A DNA stretch of 63,146 nucleotides, the filler included, from Hausera hauseri (Eukaryota): assembly GCA_046269625.1 (NCBI GenBank). It is 11 parts of 11 records of this genome, joined end to end, with 100 filler letters (N's around TTAATTAATTAA, not from the genome) between each part and the next. Parts side by side here need not be neighbours in the genome. Positions count along the whole stretch, not along the records: positions 50,760 to 58,786 come from JBJURY010810976.1; positions 58,887 to 63,146 come from JBJURY010671662.1; 9 more parts are not named here. One strand, written 5' to 3'. The notes beneath the pieces are model-generated. The model made no database searches. It was not told the DNA's origin and worked only from the letters and a program-made list of their open reading frames with translations. The translations under genes were made by a program, and so were the position numbers. The number at the start of each line of letters is the position of its first letter. Position 1 is the first letter of the stretch. Below are positions 50,760 through 63,146 of this stretch, piece by piece.

Positions 50760-51507
50760 ACTGTTGTGTATGAACGGTCTTCTGTCATATTCTTTTGGTT
50801 TCACGTATGCTGTCTTTCCGAAATTTTGGTTGGGAGTCTTCACCGCATCCCGGAATGATTTCTTCACTGGTGCCACTTTTCTGAACTCTTCTACGGTTTG
50901 GCTATCTTCCAAAATTTTAGCCTCTTCCCTCATCTCTTCTACCGTCATTTTTAGTTTGAAAACAAACCGCTCTCTTAGCACTTTTGAGCCGATTCGTTTT
51001 CTTAGCACTTCTTGAACAAAATCTTCTTTGTTCAACTCAAAAATTTTGTCCGTTGTTTGACGCACTCTGATCTCAAATGTCAAAAACTTTTTTCCTTCTT
51101 TTTGATTCATGTTGGCCAATTCGACCATCTCATCGAGAGGGTTCACCTTCCTCAGGAACGACGCTTTAAACCATATTATGGCTTCTTCGTCCGACGGTTG
51201 GTTTCCCTTCTTTTATTGAAATCCGTCCACATAAATCTGGCTTGTTCCGTTAACAGGAATTCACATAGCTCCACAAACGGCTGTCGAAAAATGTTTGCAT
51301 GAATCATGTCTTCCAGCCATCGTCTGTAAATGATCCATCAAATTGCCGAAGTAAAGTATCGTAGTATTTCCGGAAGTGTTCGTGATAGTCAGTAGGACTT
51401 GAATTACCTTGTCCCACTGATCTGGTTTGATCGCCAGTAAAAAAGACTTTGCTCGGCAAAGTCGTCAGATCGAAATCCTGAATGTCACATGGGTTCTTGT
51501 CGCTCAT
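50760..51507 (-). mobile_element. gag-like fragment of an LTR retrotransposon
   Basis: QKEGKKFLTFEIRVRQ..KMTVEEMREEAKILE fits the capsid-type Q..GE...F..R pattern; PBS-like TGGTAGTGCG near 51740-51749 (minus). Confidence 0.6.
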
Positions 51508-52527
51508 AATTCAAATTGAAGTCTAAAGAATTTTTAAAATCTATTTATTTTATATCAGATATTTAAACAAATTAAAAATAAATAATATTTTTGCGTATTA
51601 TTCATTTTCGCTGCTCCATTACTTATATTGCCCGAATGCAAGATCGGTACGTATCTAACCCTTTGAGGATTTGGTATTAAGTTGCAAAGGTTTGATCACA
51701 CAATAAAGACAGTTTTGGTGCAGACAATCGTAATTTTTTCGCACTACCAACGAACTCAGCTGCAAAGAATATTATAAGAAACTAACACTGATAAACACAA
51801 GACTTCTTCAAATTGTCATGAAGTGGTCGTTTGTATATACTAAACGAAACTGAAACTCAAACGGAAACCGAAACCGTTACAATTGTACAGTTGAATTACG
51901 AATTGTATGTAAATAATTAAATTACAAGTCCAAAACATCGTATCCAAATGGAAAATACAAATAAACCGACAAATGAATTAATTAAAAATTCAAAATTTAT
52001 TATGTAAATCTAAATTAATGTAAATAAACGGATCTCGACTGCTATATAAGTCGATGTACAGAGACAGTAGTTGTCATTGTTAATCAGTCAAATACAAGTC
52101 AGCGAGTATTACTATCAGACAAATTGTTCAATTATTCCAGGACTTCAAAAGACTTGACGATTAAATTCGATACACTGATTACGTTGTTGAAAATTACTTG
52201 TATTGCTGATCCGACATTCTTATTATCGGTGAAGTATAGTTGTTATTTGAATAAATTATTGTATCTTAAAAACTTCTATAGTTTTTCCGTCGCTCCGTAC
52301 GATGGACTTGCACCACACTACGTTTTAAAATCGATTTAAAATTCATAGTTAGGTTGAGAAATTTGTAATTTACGCAATCACCGCACGCAGTACACGCAAG
52401 TTAAAATAGTGCAAACCTTCTAACGAGAACGTTATGACTTATCTGCTTTTTAAAACATTGTTAACTTCGAGTTTTATTACTGTTATAAATGGGTGTTGGA
52501 TAGGGCCCACCCTCAACTACTAACATC

Positions 52528-52545
52528 TGGCGACCTTAGCAGGAC
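52528..52545 (+). promoter_or_regulatory. Primer-binding site, tRNA-Arg-like
   Basis: LTR end ...ACTAACA (52525), 2-nt spacer, then TGGCGACCTTAGCAGGAC. Confidence 0.8.
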
Positions 52546-54871
52546 AGTTTGCACTTGCTAAACTTGACTTTTAGTAAAAAGTAGCGACATATTCGCGATC
52601 AGCGCTACCACATCAAATAATTGATTGTAGATTGTTATGAAATTAAAATATTGGGATTATAAAAAAGCCCGCAGTATTATAACGGCATATTATCAAGAAC
52701 GAATATTGATAGACATAAGTCAGAGGATAACTTAAATCTCATTCTAAACGGTAAGGAGAATATTAATTTTCGCGAAACACGTAATAGAGTTTATAGAGAA
52801 GTTAAGACGTTGAGTAGACGCACTTTATCGACATCAAACTTAATTAGCACTGAACCTATTGATCTAAACGTTGTTGAACAGCCTACTGAATTTAAAGTTC
52901 CGGACAAGAGAATTAGAACTCGTAAGATAGTCAAGCAAAATCTAATAAACGTTGAGAATATGGTTGAAAATTAAGCAGTAGCTCAAAAGTTGGACATTTT
53001 CGCATTTGATTCTCTTAATCTGCCGGCGTATTACTAAAACCCGGACGGACTTAATGAATTCTTAAGGACATAAAAGTTGCATGCAGAAGATGCTGGACTA
53101 GCAGCTAATGTGACGATTAAGCGTTTTTCATTATATTTAAAGAATCTGGCCGCTGATGCGTATAGCGAACTCATGGATGATGAGAAGAAAACTTGGTCCT
53201 CACTAGTAGGAGCCCTGAATCGGAAATTGTTACCGACTGTAACTCCGCAACAAAAACTCATGGCTTTTCAGAATAGAGTGCAACAAAAGGGTGAATCGAT
53301 AACCCAATTCGCTTTTGCATTAAAGAAATTAGAAAATAGCTACGTAAGCACTTTAAGGATAGTATAGCAAAGGCTAAAAACGAAGCAGAACGTGAAGCCG
53401 CAGAAAAGGCAAGTCCTGCAGATTTGGACGTCATGATGATGACGCAATTAATAAACGGTATTTGGTCTAAAGACATAGTAGAGCAACTGATTCTAGCACG
53501 CTCGGAGAATTTTGGTAGGACATTGCAATTAGCCCAAGACTTAGAAATGGCATTAGCCCCGTATACTAGAGACAATGACAGAAATGATAGAAACAATGAT
53601 CATAGCGATCGGAGCGATAGAAACCGAAATAATAGAAATGATAGACGGTTTAACCGGGATCGAAACAAGAACGGTAATTATAATTGCAGAAATGATCAAT
53701 ATAGTAATCAGAATTTTGATAATAGCCGAAATAGTTTTTCTACTAAATCAAACTATCAAACAGATAAACCCCTAGATGGCTCTAAAAACTTTAGTCGACA
53801 AAATGCCAACCGGAATTATGATAATCGCCAATACGGAGACCCTAGACAGTCTCCGTCGCAACCGAACTAAAATAGAAATCCGAGTAGATATAAATCTCCG
53901 TTAAACGAAGACGGCCGGCAAATAGTTGGAAGAAATGGCAGTTTAATCTGTTTCACATGTCGACAAGAAGGACACATAGCGAGGTCCTGTCCGAATCCGC
54001 GAAGTGTCTCGTTTGTGTAACCTAGTAAGACTAACGTAATTAAAAATGAAAATTTAGAAGCAATTTAAGGTGTTCGTAGAGACACAGGAGTGATTATCGA
54101 GATACAAGATTTGCGACGATTCTTAAAGGCCCAGCCTGATACTAAAGACCCTAAAGTTCTAGTGGCTAGGAACGAGTACGAAAGCAAGTTACGATTATTC
54201 GAAGTTTACCATGGTCTGCGTGAACGAGAGACGGAATATTAACGCTCCATTGCACCGCCAAGACTCACTGATATGGCGCGGAAGAAGAACATTCCTACGA
54301 CAAGTAAAGGGTCGGATGAAGCAGGAAAACTTGGGACTCCGGACAAAGTAGATTTAGACGTAGCGTCCGAATATACGATAGAAAGGGATCCCAAAGCGTA
54401 AAACCAGACGAGGGGAAAGAATTTTTGGAACCGCTAATTCTTAAAATTACAAAGAATAGAGGCCGTAGCCTATCACTGAGGCGGAAATGCAAGGATCGCT
54501 CGAGATCCCCGATGGTTAAGAAACCGGACACAAAGACAGATATAGAAAGCGTGTTGGAGAGCGACACTGAGTTTGCTCTGAGCACTCCAGAAATTAAAGA
54601 GATAAGTAGTGGAACCGTATCCATAAATGAGATAAATGATATATGTCCTTTACCCACTAGCGAATAGGAAACAGAACAAGAGGAGAAACTCTATCCTAAA
54701 AAGTGGAACATCAGACGCTTATGAAAAAATGCAGAGGAATTAAAAAGAATGAGAACAAACTGTCTCAACCCAGAGGTATTACGACAGAACCTAGAGAAAC
54801 TCAAAGCAATGAGCGAACAGGTGGATATTTCTGGTAAGGAATAGCAGTTTGTAGAAAGATTATATAAAGAA

Positions 54872-56449
54872 TTGAAGTTATGTAGTAAAGGGAAAATAAG
54901 TGAAGCCATAGACCTAGATCAATCCGAGGAAGTAATAAAAGAAACAGTAGACAAATTGAAACATGAATTGGGAGTCTGGAGAGAAAGTGGGATGAAAATT
55001 CCAGAGACGTGGGATAAAACTATCCAAAGCATCGAAACTAGAATCAATCAAGCTCAGTTGTTATTAAATACTTTAAAAGCCAACCCGAAATTAAAAGGAG
55101 TAGTACGTAATTTGGAGCGTGTCATGGATGAAATTAGATTCATCGTAGTAGATCGACTAAAAAAGAAGCCGGTTAATGAACGAACTGAGGTCGATTTAGA
55201 ACTAATGGGCATAGATGCATTAGATATTCCGCCTATAATGGAAATGATAAAAATCGCGTCTACTGTGACAAGGCAATATACCAGTCTGGAAAATCGTATT
55301 AAAATTGAAGTCGAAAAACGGTCGCAGATATATAGTCTAAGGAATAGGATCATGCACCCAGCTAATAATGAAACACAAAAAATAATTCTGACTTGTATCC
55401 TCAAATTCGATGAATATAAGGATGAGTTTGACTATGCCCACCGGATCATCAGTTTTATTAAAGGTCCAGATGATAAACTAGAAGATGCTCGTAGAATGTT
55501 AAACAAAGCAATCTTGGCGAAGCCAGAAATCGCTAACCAGTTGAACGAATGGTCTAAAGTAATAACAAGATTAAGCGAACTAATAAACAGACGGAAGAAT
55601 GAATTCCCGGAGAGTGAACCTACATTTAAGAAGCAACTGGAAGAAGACACCCGAAATCTAGATACGATGAAAGCAGAGATTGACATCCGAACCCATTTCG
55701 AGGCACTACGTCAATTAGAGTTTATGGAAAAGAAACAAGAGATGATGATACTAAATGATATATATAAATTGATCAAAGAAACAAACTTTATGCGAAAGCG
55801 AAATGCGACTTGCGATTTGTATCCGCGATTAAGAGATGTCCGCCTGAAGGGAATCCGCTGGTTGACAGCCAAACTTATCGAAGAAATTTCGATCCGAGAT
55901 CTTAAAACCTTGGACTTTTGTCCCGAATATCGGTCGATTGTTGACGAAACGGTGAAATTCTTACACCAGCCACAAGGATGGATGGACGAAACGAATCAGA
56001 GACATCATACCGAAATGATTAAAATAAAGAACGACCGCCACCTTAATTCCGAAGAGATCAAATTTGTAAAAAAATTATTAGATGCAATCGATCCAAATTC
56101 AAACAGCATTAATGAGGTGTACGAATTAGCGCTATTGATGGCGGAAATGGCAGAAGTTAGTGAAGAAAAATTAAGACAATTGTTGCAACAAATACAGCAA
56201 GTTGAAAAAACTTGCATTAAGACGAAACAAAGAGCGATAAGATTAAACGAACTAGCTAGAGAACTCGAAGTGTATAAAAACAAATGCGCCCTTACAAAAG
56301 CCGAAAAAGCTGACAAGTCACAATTCATTCAAAGATGGCAAAGAGATGTCACGTCTGAACTAACGAAATATCAAGAAAAAGGGTTAATTTCACCCGATGA
56401 ATTATGTTCGTTGTTAACACTGCTCCACCAAACGTCCGCTAATGGATGA
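54872..56449 (+). CDS. Long alpha-helical/coiled-coil (Smc-like) retroelement ORF segment
   Basis: 525-aa open frame, E/K/L/I-rich, downstream of the gag zinc knuckle. Confidence 0.65.
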   Translation: MKLCSKGKISEAIDLDQSEEVIKETVDKLKHELGVWRESGMKIPETWDKTIQSIETRINQAQLLLNTLKANPKLKGVVRNLERVMDEIRFIVVDRLKKKPVNERTEVDLELMGIDALDIPPIMEMIKIASTVTRQYTSLENRIKIEVEKRSQIYSLRNRIMHPANNETQKIILTCILKFDEYKDEFDYAHRIISFIKGPDDKLEDARRMLNKAILAKPEIANQLNEWSKVITRLSELINRRKNEFPESEPTFKKQLEEDTRNLDTMKAEIDIRTHFEALRQLEFMEKKQEMMILNDIYKLIKETNFMRKRNATCDLYPRLRDVRLKGIRWLTAKLIEEISIRDLKTLDFCPEYRSIVDETVKFLHQPQGWMDETNQRHHTEMIKIKNDRHLNSEEIKFVKKLLDAIDPNSNSINEVYELALLMAEMAEVSEEKLRQLLQQIQQVEKTCIKTKQRAIRLNELARELEVYKNKCALTKAEKADKSQFIQRWQRDVTSELTKYQEKGLISPDELCSLLTLLHQTSANG

Positions 56450-56691
56450 TGTTTCCGAACGATGAAAATGGTCCAAATGCAACAGAAACTACAAGAACTC
56501 AGAGCAATTACATGGCTCGCAGGTGTAGACAAGCCAGCCGATATACCGTCAAGGAGCTACCAACTGCCAGATAATGAAAATGAACCAGATTGGGAGGCCT
56601 ATTTAGACGCAATGATTGCAGAAAATCCAAAAACCCCAATACGATTGGATGAAATGGAGGTATATTCTCCGGACAAAGGGTCAACGTAGAA

Positions 56692-57096
56692 ATGCTTCTG
56701 GACCCGGTACAAACCGAGAAAGATTTAATTCAATTAATTGAGGTGAACCTTACTGAAAATCAACTAAGACATCTAGTTCCCACTTTAACTAAATTAACTA
56801 GCGAAGGTACGATTTCTAGTACGGTACCTAAGCTTTTACTTAAGAAATATGATAAGATCTTAAAGGCAAGGGCAGAGGAAATGATCCCAGTAAAGATAGT
56901 ATCAGATTGGATAGACAAAAAAGAACAAGAGTTTACTACGCCTTCCCTTGTTAAGGATGTATTACAATGGATAAAGGACAATGGATACGCCCATGAGTTG
57001 ACCTATAGACTTTATTTTAGAGGAAGGATACTAGACGAGTCAGAATTATTGATAGAGGTTGGAATTATCCCAGGAGAAATAAATCGGTTAATGTAA
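56692..57096 (+). CDS. ORF segment ending in a ubiquitin-like domain
   Basis: YRLYFRGRILDESELLIEVGIIPGEINRLM parallels ubiquitin [30 protein letters not shown]. Confidence 0.6.
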   Translation: MLLDPVQTEKDLIQLIEVNLTENQLRHLVPTLTKLTSEGTISSTVPKLLLKKYDKILKARAEEMIPVKIVSDWIDKKEQEFTTPSLVKDVLQWIKDNGYAHELTYRLYFRGRILDESELLIEVGIIPGEINRLM

Positions 57097-57099
57097 CTA

Positions 57100-57500
57100 C
57101 CGCTATCGACGAAACAAAGAAGGAGGCGCTTAGATAATTTCTCGCTTTTCCCCGCAAACGTACATATGAATTAAACAGAGCAATGCATACAAAATTATAG
57201 GACTCGCGCTATCAGGCAAAATGGGAGTCATTACTTGGTGTTGGCTATTACATGAAGGTAACTACAGAAATATTATACAAAATTTGGGGAAGAATCCTGG
57301 TATTCGGACAAGCTGCGTCAGGATTTCTAGCGATATATTTCTTAATTCAACTGGTAAAAGCTATAATTCAAGCAATTATAAATGGATACGAGATCTTCAA
57401 CTTGACAGGATTTTCGTGCAAAATTTTAACGGCTATTATTACACCTTTCGATAAATTCTTAAAGGCTTATGAAAAAAGTAAATGGAAAACAAATGTGGAG
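57100..57500 (+). pseudogene. C-terminal part of a chuvirus-type envelope glycoprotein
   Basis: FLAFPRKR..LN..; IWGRILVFGQAASGFLAIYFLIQLVKAIIQAIINGYEIFNLTGFSCKILTAI matches the W..F..FG..SAG..GI......K......I.GY.L....GWS..L..AI tail I recall from chuviral glycoproteins. Confidence 0.65.
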
Positions 57501-60002
57501 CGACATGTGGACTACCATAATTGGAAACGCACAAGACACATATTCGATTGTAGACAGAAATTCATAGTCAGTAAGATACGAAGAAATAATTCCGATGATG
57601 ACGAGCCTAAGGGAGGAGACGTTGTTGGAACCAGATTGACTGGTTGGGTAATCCGGTCAAACTTCTGCAGGAGAGGTTTAGAAGAGGTATAAATGTATAT
57701 GTGTATGTATTGTGCAAATGTATATAAGGACATGATCGCCGAAGGACCTTTGATCTTATCAGTGATTTTAAGGTTATTTGAGAGTTGTGTGAATAATATT
57801 GTTATGGTTTATTGTTACTTTCTCTGTTGGATGAGCCCTGCCGGGGTTTGCGTGATGAGGATGAATGACTGTGTGCCTGATAAATTCAGTACGCATGTTT
57901 TGGGCCACAAAATTAATGGTGGAGAAATTCCCCCGGAGAGCAGCACTCCGAAAACAATGGCTAGGTATGTTGAAAAAATTAATTTAAATGTTTTTTTATA
58001 TTTATATATATTTGGTAAAGGATATATGGGGATATATAAACCGGTGTCTATGAAATTAAGGTCATGTTTAAAAGAAAGTAGATATGTATGGGAAATAAAC
58101 GTACATATACGTCATGCTTTAGTAAAAAAGCAGGGGTTTCTCGGGGACAACAAACAAAATTATGTAATTGAAGTTCACCGTCCGGATTGAAATCTATTAA
58201 TGGGGAATATTAATGTGAATTTAAATGGGCCCAGCAAACCACTAATTAAAAAGGAGGCATCCATTTATAATAATGTGGCATTTATAACATATGGGGGATT
58301 TATTTATAATGAGGCATCCATTTTATATCATCCAGACGTTATCTCCAGACCGAACAGGCGCAAAAATTACTCTGTTATGAAACTACCGTGACCAATATTG
58401 CCGCCAATGGCACCTATATATGAAGATTGCGAGAAACAATATATGAGCTCGTGTCAGACAGACGTCTATCAGAAGCCATTTAACATAGATGATCCCTACG
58501 AAGGAACAAAACGCTACGGGATACTGCGCAAGATCCACGAAACAGAGAGAACGTTTATCCCACATCGTCGCTCAGCAGTCGACGATCACGGTATAATATA
58601 TTCACCTAGAGTACCTAGACCAAATGAAACGCAGTCACCATTTACCAGAAGTTGTGAGACACGCAATCTCCGAAACCAAGATGTTCAGCCGCCAATTAGA
58701 AGCCAAGAAGTAGAAAACGCGAATGGTACGAATAATGAACTATACCCAATTGGAGAGCTAAGACAGTTAATCGAGCAGCCAGTTGGNNNNNNNNNNNNNN
58801 NNNNNNNNNNNNNNNNNNNNNNNNNNNNNNTTAATTAATTAANNNNNNNNNNNNNNNNNNNNNNNNNNNNNNNNNNNNNNNNNNNNGGTCAGCGGAAACA
58901 GGAAGTGGCTTGTAAAATTCGTAGCTTTGACTGGAACACACTTTCTGTCAACATTTGTTACTTCCTTCCTCCTCGTCTTACCCACCTCCCTCTCTGTGAC
59001 ACAAACACGTGTCATATAATACACTCCAGTAAAACACGCCATCTGGTGACACAGTACACGAGTCCACAACGCACGCGAGTAAAAACAACACACACCAGCT
59101 GGTGACGCAGAACACACTTGTCAAATACTAGCTTAGTCACATGGTGCACACGCATGCCATTTACTACATCAGTGACACAGAAAACACACTTGTCATATAC
59201 TACCTTAGCGACACAGTAAGCACCAGACTAAGACCCACCATTGTTTACATGTTAAATCATCTCGACAGCGTATATAAAATATGGTCAGATAATATATACT
59301 TATTAATTCAAACTAATAATTCGTAGTGTTTATACATCATCATTAAAATCAAATATTCGATTCGAACTGATATGGCAACGAAATCATTAACCAGTTAGGG
59401 GTCAAAATTTACTGGTGATGGTATACCGAACGGTGTAATAAGGTCCATGGACGTAGCGACAAATATTTTGTCAGTTAAAGGGTCAAAAGGAGTCTTTTAC
59501 TAATTTGGTTTAAAAAATGAAAGCAAAAGCCGAGGAAAATATTTTGCTTTACAAACAACGTGAGCACTGATTAGCTTCAACGGATTAACATCAATTTAAT
59601 ACAACGTCGACTGGGCAAAAGAACCTTCACATAACTGTATTACTGCTCTCTCTCAGGAGAATTAAATTTACTGTAGTACAGACGATCAGTTGGAATGAAA
59701 TTAAATGACTTTCTCTGGTAATAGGAGTCTTCTTGTTCGATCCCTCATTATGTGTAAGCTTGTGTAAGTACTCACTGGCCCATATCCAATCTTAGCGAAC
59801 TTTTTTGGGCGTAGTATTCGTCAACTTGACTTTTTTTCTCTTTCTGAAATCTGTTGTTCTCGGGTTATTTTAAAAGCCAATTATAGACACAAATTGATAA
59901 TTTTTCATTTGTTGAGTTCAATTTTAAATGAGAATTATGAAAAGTTTATAATATAATAACAAAATATAAACAATGATAGAGATAATTTTACTAAATACTA
60001 AC

Positions 60003-60709
60003 CTGCTTTTGACTTGTAATCAACAAGCGCTACAGTTATATGAATAGAATTCGGATACAATTTCGGTGAAGATGATATGGAATAGTAGCGAGCCTGTAAT
60101 CTCGGCAACAATTCCAATAAATGATCAATAGGCACTTGGACAGAAGGCAAATCATCCAGTACATGAATAATACTTCGTCGACTATCGCAAATCCATTCTT
60201 GGTATTTCGTCTTCAAATTGCGTTAACACTAATACAACAGTTCTGATGCCCTTACTCTTCCTTCCAGTGATGCAAGGTATTTTAAAAATTTGCTTTCGGA
60301 AGGTTCGTTAGCATATTCGGCAATTTCGCCAAGAACGTTCGTTTTCGGTGGGTTACAAATATCCACGTAATGCATCAGAATTGTACGGAATGTTGATGGA
60401 CATGGGAACGGATGGCGCTTAGGGTTGTCATCTATCAGGCTTAATTATACTCACTAACAGGATGATGACTCACCATCAATTACAGTCATGGAAATAACTT
60501 GATCCAGATCAACATTAAGGCGTTTAGCAAGCTGTTCGACAAGAACCGGATCATTTGTCGGATAAACTGCAACGTGGTCGCCACATTCGTATTTTATTCG
60601 GGAATCCGTAATGTCCATTTCAATGTGTATTACAGATCGATCATCACCTCGACATAGATCTCGTTTCACTGTAACTTTTGACAAGAAAGGATTCTTCGCG
60701 TCGAAAGGC
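60003..60709 (-). CDS. POR: NADPH-cytochrome P450 reductase, three internal exons (60474-60709, 60256-60431, 60003-60210)
   Basis: PFDAKNPFL, GDHVAVYPTND, HPFPCP, LLELLPRLQARYYSISSSPK; phase-consistent GT-AG introns of 42 and 45 nt. Confidence 0.95.
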
Positions 60710-61221
60710 CTATTAAAAATTGGTTCTGAATTCGACAGCTACATTTAGAAAATTCTTTGAGTTCGTTGATTACAACAAAAGGGTTAATTTCTTAAGGACT
60801 TTTTCAACCAAGTCTATTGAAATTCGATTTCCAGTGTGCCGTCAAGGTTATGTCAGAATTCATCCATATTTGTCAAATTTTCAATTGCGTCGCTAACACA
60901 CGAATGTTCGAATATTTATTAGATGAACGAAACATCAAGGGAACATTATTATTCAAATATCAATGGTCGAAAGAAGAACGATAATTTTAAGAAATGTCAA
61001 AAATTGCATATTAAAGGAATATTGCAAAAGTACAAAATTACCTAATATTTTAAAGCTGAGTCCATAATTTTAGACCCTTTTTTCAATATTGTTAAACAAA
61101 TTACGAATTAGAAACCTTGACTAACAGATATTTACTTAAAATGTACAATTAAAAACGTAATTAAAATACATATAACGATTTCATATTTGTGGCTTAAAAT
61201 TTAAGTTTTTCAATACTAATA

Positions 61222-61765
61222 TAACATATGTGATGCTGTGTGAGAAAAGGGACCACAACGCGGCAAAACTTTTTTAAAATATTTTTCGTTAAACCGGAAG
61301 GCAAATCTGTTATCTACAAAACAAAACAAAAATTTTGTCAATATTCGAAATAGTTTTGGACATATTGAATTTTTAGTGAGCAATGTCTAAAAAACAAAAT
61401 TTGTGGAAAAACGCGTTTGAAAGTAGTATGTAAATTTTATCAATATTTGTCAATGATTTCTATTTAAAAATTGACTGCAAATTTGTAATAGGTACATAAT
61501 GGCTTAGTGTATGTCCAAATATTACTCATAATTATATCAATTAAATAAGATTGTAGTCAACCTGAATTTTTATATGCGTTCTGTTTGCACTTATTTTTAA
61601 CTCATATTTTGTTGTTAGATGTCCATAATTTCTTGTCCAATGAATGTCCATATGTTGTAGAATGTAATTTTGTAAAATTTACCATTTTTACCCTTTTTTC
61701 AATTTTTCTCTAAATAAAATTTGCCGCATTATGGTACCTTTTCTCAGACAGCATCACATATGTTA
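61222..61765. mobile_element. Non-autonomous DNA transposon (MITE-like, ~544 bp), probably in a POR intron
   Basis: ~45-bp imperfect TIRs: taacatatgtgatgctgtgtgagaaaagggaccacaacgcggcaaa / tttgccgcattatggtaccttttctcagacagcatcacatatgtta; non-coding AT-rich interior. Confidence 0.85.
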
Positions 61766-63146
61766 GTATCGGGTTGTTATGAACTTACGATGGGAATTAT
61801 TAATGTTTGAGTAATATGTGATGAGGTTAACCAGGTGTTTTAGAGTCTCGGAGATTTGGGAAAAGGTACATGGAGTTAGGATGTCTAAAAGTCCCATAGT
61901 AACGGCATAAGAAAGTTTAAAATTGTCACAGAAGAGTCTAAAATAGCCTTGAAAACAATACAAAAGTTTAAAAGTGGTGCCTAGGAACAGTATCAAAGTC
62001 TAAAATCCCTTAGCAATAGTCTAGAAATGTCTAAAAGTTAAAAGTGTGAAAGTTTTTGTTAGTTTCTGGACCTAAACGCTCCATCAGAAAGATTCAGTGT
62101 CAAGGATTAGAAGGGAAAGAAAACAACATACTGCAAGAAACTAAGAGACAAAATGAAGAGCTAAAGGAATAAAGACAAATATCAGATAGTTTTTTATCAA
62201 ACAGAAACCAAATTCCAGGAAGTTTTTTGTTCCAGTGAGATGTTCAATGCAGCAGTCCTCTTGTTCCATAATTACAGTGTTGTCATAAGTCTCGTTCCTT
62301 CCTATGCTTGAACCAAAAGGGAATCTGACTATGCCGATTTTCTGTTCAGTAATACTTTGATCTTGGCACTATTCTCCAGTCCTTGTTGTTATGATTGAGA
62401 CAGAATCCTTGACATCACCTTCCGACAGTGACGTGAGGTCCAAGTGTGTACTGGACTCAACATATCTTGGTTTATCTGTGCCCGTGATTGGTATAGAAGT
62501 CAACGACGATAGACATTCATTTGAATATATGTAGAAAATGTCATGAGCTATAATCAAAGAACCACCCCAGTGAAAGCATAATGTATCAGAACATAATTGA
62601 CTTGATGAAGAAGTTTGACTAGAGACAAGAAGTCTGCACATTCAAGAGAAGCATAGGTAACAAAGCCATTAATATTAAATGTTATCCGTTGTTTATATGG
62701 TATGTATGTAACTGAATTTCTGCCTGTCTATTCTTATAATATATTGTATAGGATATGGTATGTAACCTTGTATATGTTGAATTTATATGATTTATACAAT
62801 GCAGGTAGCATTAATAAATGAGAATTTAGGGTTTCGAGTTTAAGTCTGTATATATGAAGTAAGTGTTGTGACTATCATTTGTCTTGGTGAGTTTAAGGTA
62901 TGGAGTGCTAGGTACTGAGAAAGAAAAATGGATAATTCGCTTATCCCTTCAGGAACCATAGTTGTGGACACTTCATAAGTACTACCCTATATGAACGACC
63001 TAAGAGATACTTATATGCCTATATTAGTGTGGAGTCACTGTGGGTAGATGTTGACTCCTAAGAACCTCATAGAAGAGTTCTACTACAAGAGGTGTCCCCA
63101 TTCATTCACCCATTCAGTTAAAGTGAACGTCGCATAGTTAACGGCT

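Larger units (their letters stand above)
51880..57630 (+). mobile_element. Internally deleted gypsy-like element: LTR end, PBS, gag + CCHC, coiled coil, Ubl, env tail, PPT; no pol
   Basis: gag RFSLYLKNLAADAY..TWSSL..FQNRVQQKGESITQFAFAL; CFTCRQEGHIARSC at ~53950; 525-aa helical ORF; PPT AAGGGAGGAG at 57609-57618 followed by TGTTG; the 5' boundary is approximate. Confidence 0.8.

Noticed and set aside
6559-58886. Recurrent TTAATTAATTAA palindromes and ORFs containing X runs
   Set aside because: These are artificial linkers. ORFs crossing them, and any synteny across them, are artefacts.

Overview
This is not one locus. It is 11 short eukaryotic contigs joined by ten artificial 100-bp linkers (N44-TTAATTAATTAA-N44), so adjacency across linkers means nothing. 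The DNA is AT-rich animal sequence with very short (about 42-47 nt) GT-AG introns. A flatworm (triclad or monogenean type) is my inference, not a certainty. Host genes: a partial axonemal dynein heavy chain (DNAH1-like) with an apparent in-frame loss of AAA3 and half of AAA4; three exons of NADPH-cytochrome P450 reductase; decayed 5' fragments of CYFIP, ECM29 and STT3B packed head to tail; and a frameshifted Cys-rich repeat protein fused to an Ig-domain fragment. Two perlecan exons that look vertebrate (teleost-like) sit at the end of contig 1. The rest is mostly mobile DNA: several Ty3/gypsy elements, a BEL/Pao fragment, two decayed Maverick/adintovirus-type protein-primed DNA polymerases, MITE-like elements and DNA-transposase remnants. 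The most interesting signal is a set of cargo-rich gypsy-like retroelements. One has a gag extended by a coiled coil and a ubiquitin-like domain and ends in a chuvirus-type glycoprotein tail. A related ubiquitin-like domain occurs in a second contig. There is also an accessory cassette (TM, ankyrin, dead ISG20/REXO4-like exonuclease, RING), a 3.5-kb LTR, and candidate 30-40-bp 'tiny' LTRs. All protein assignments are by-eye motif recognition; no searches were run.
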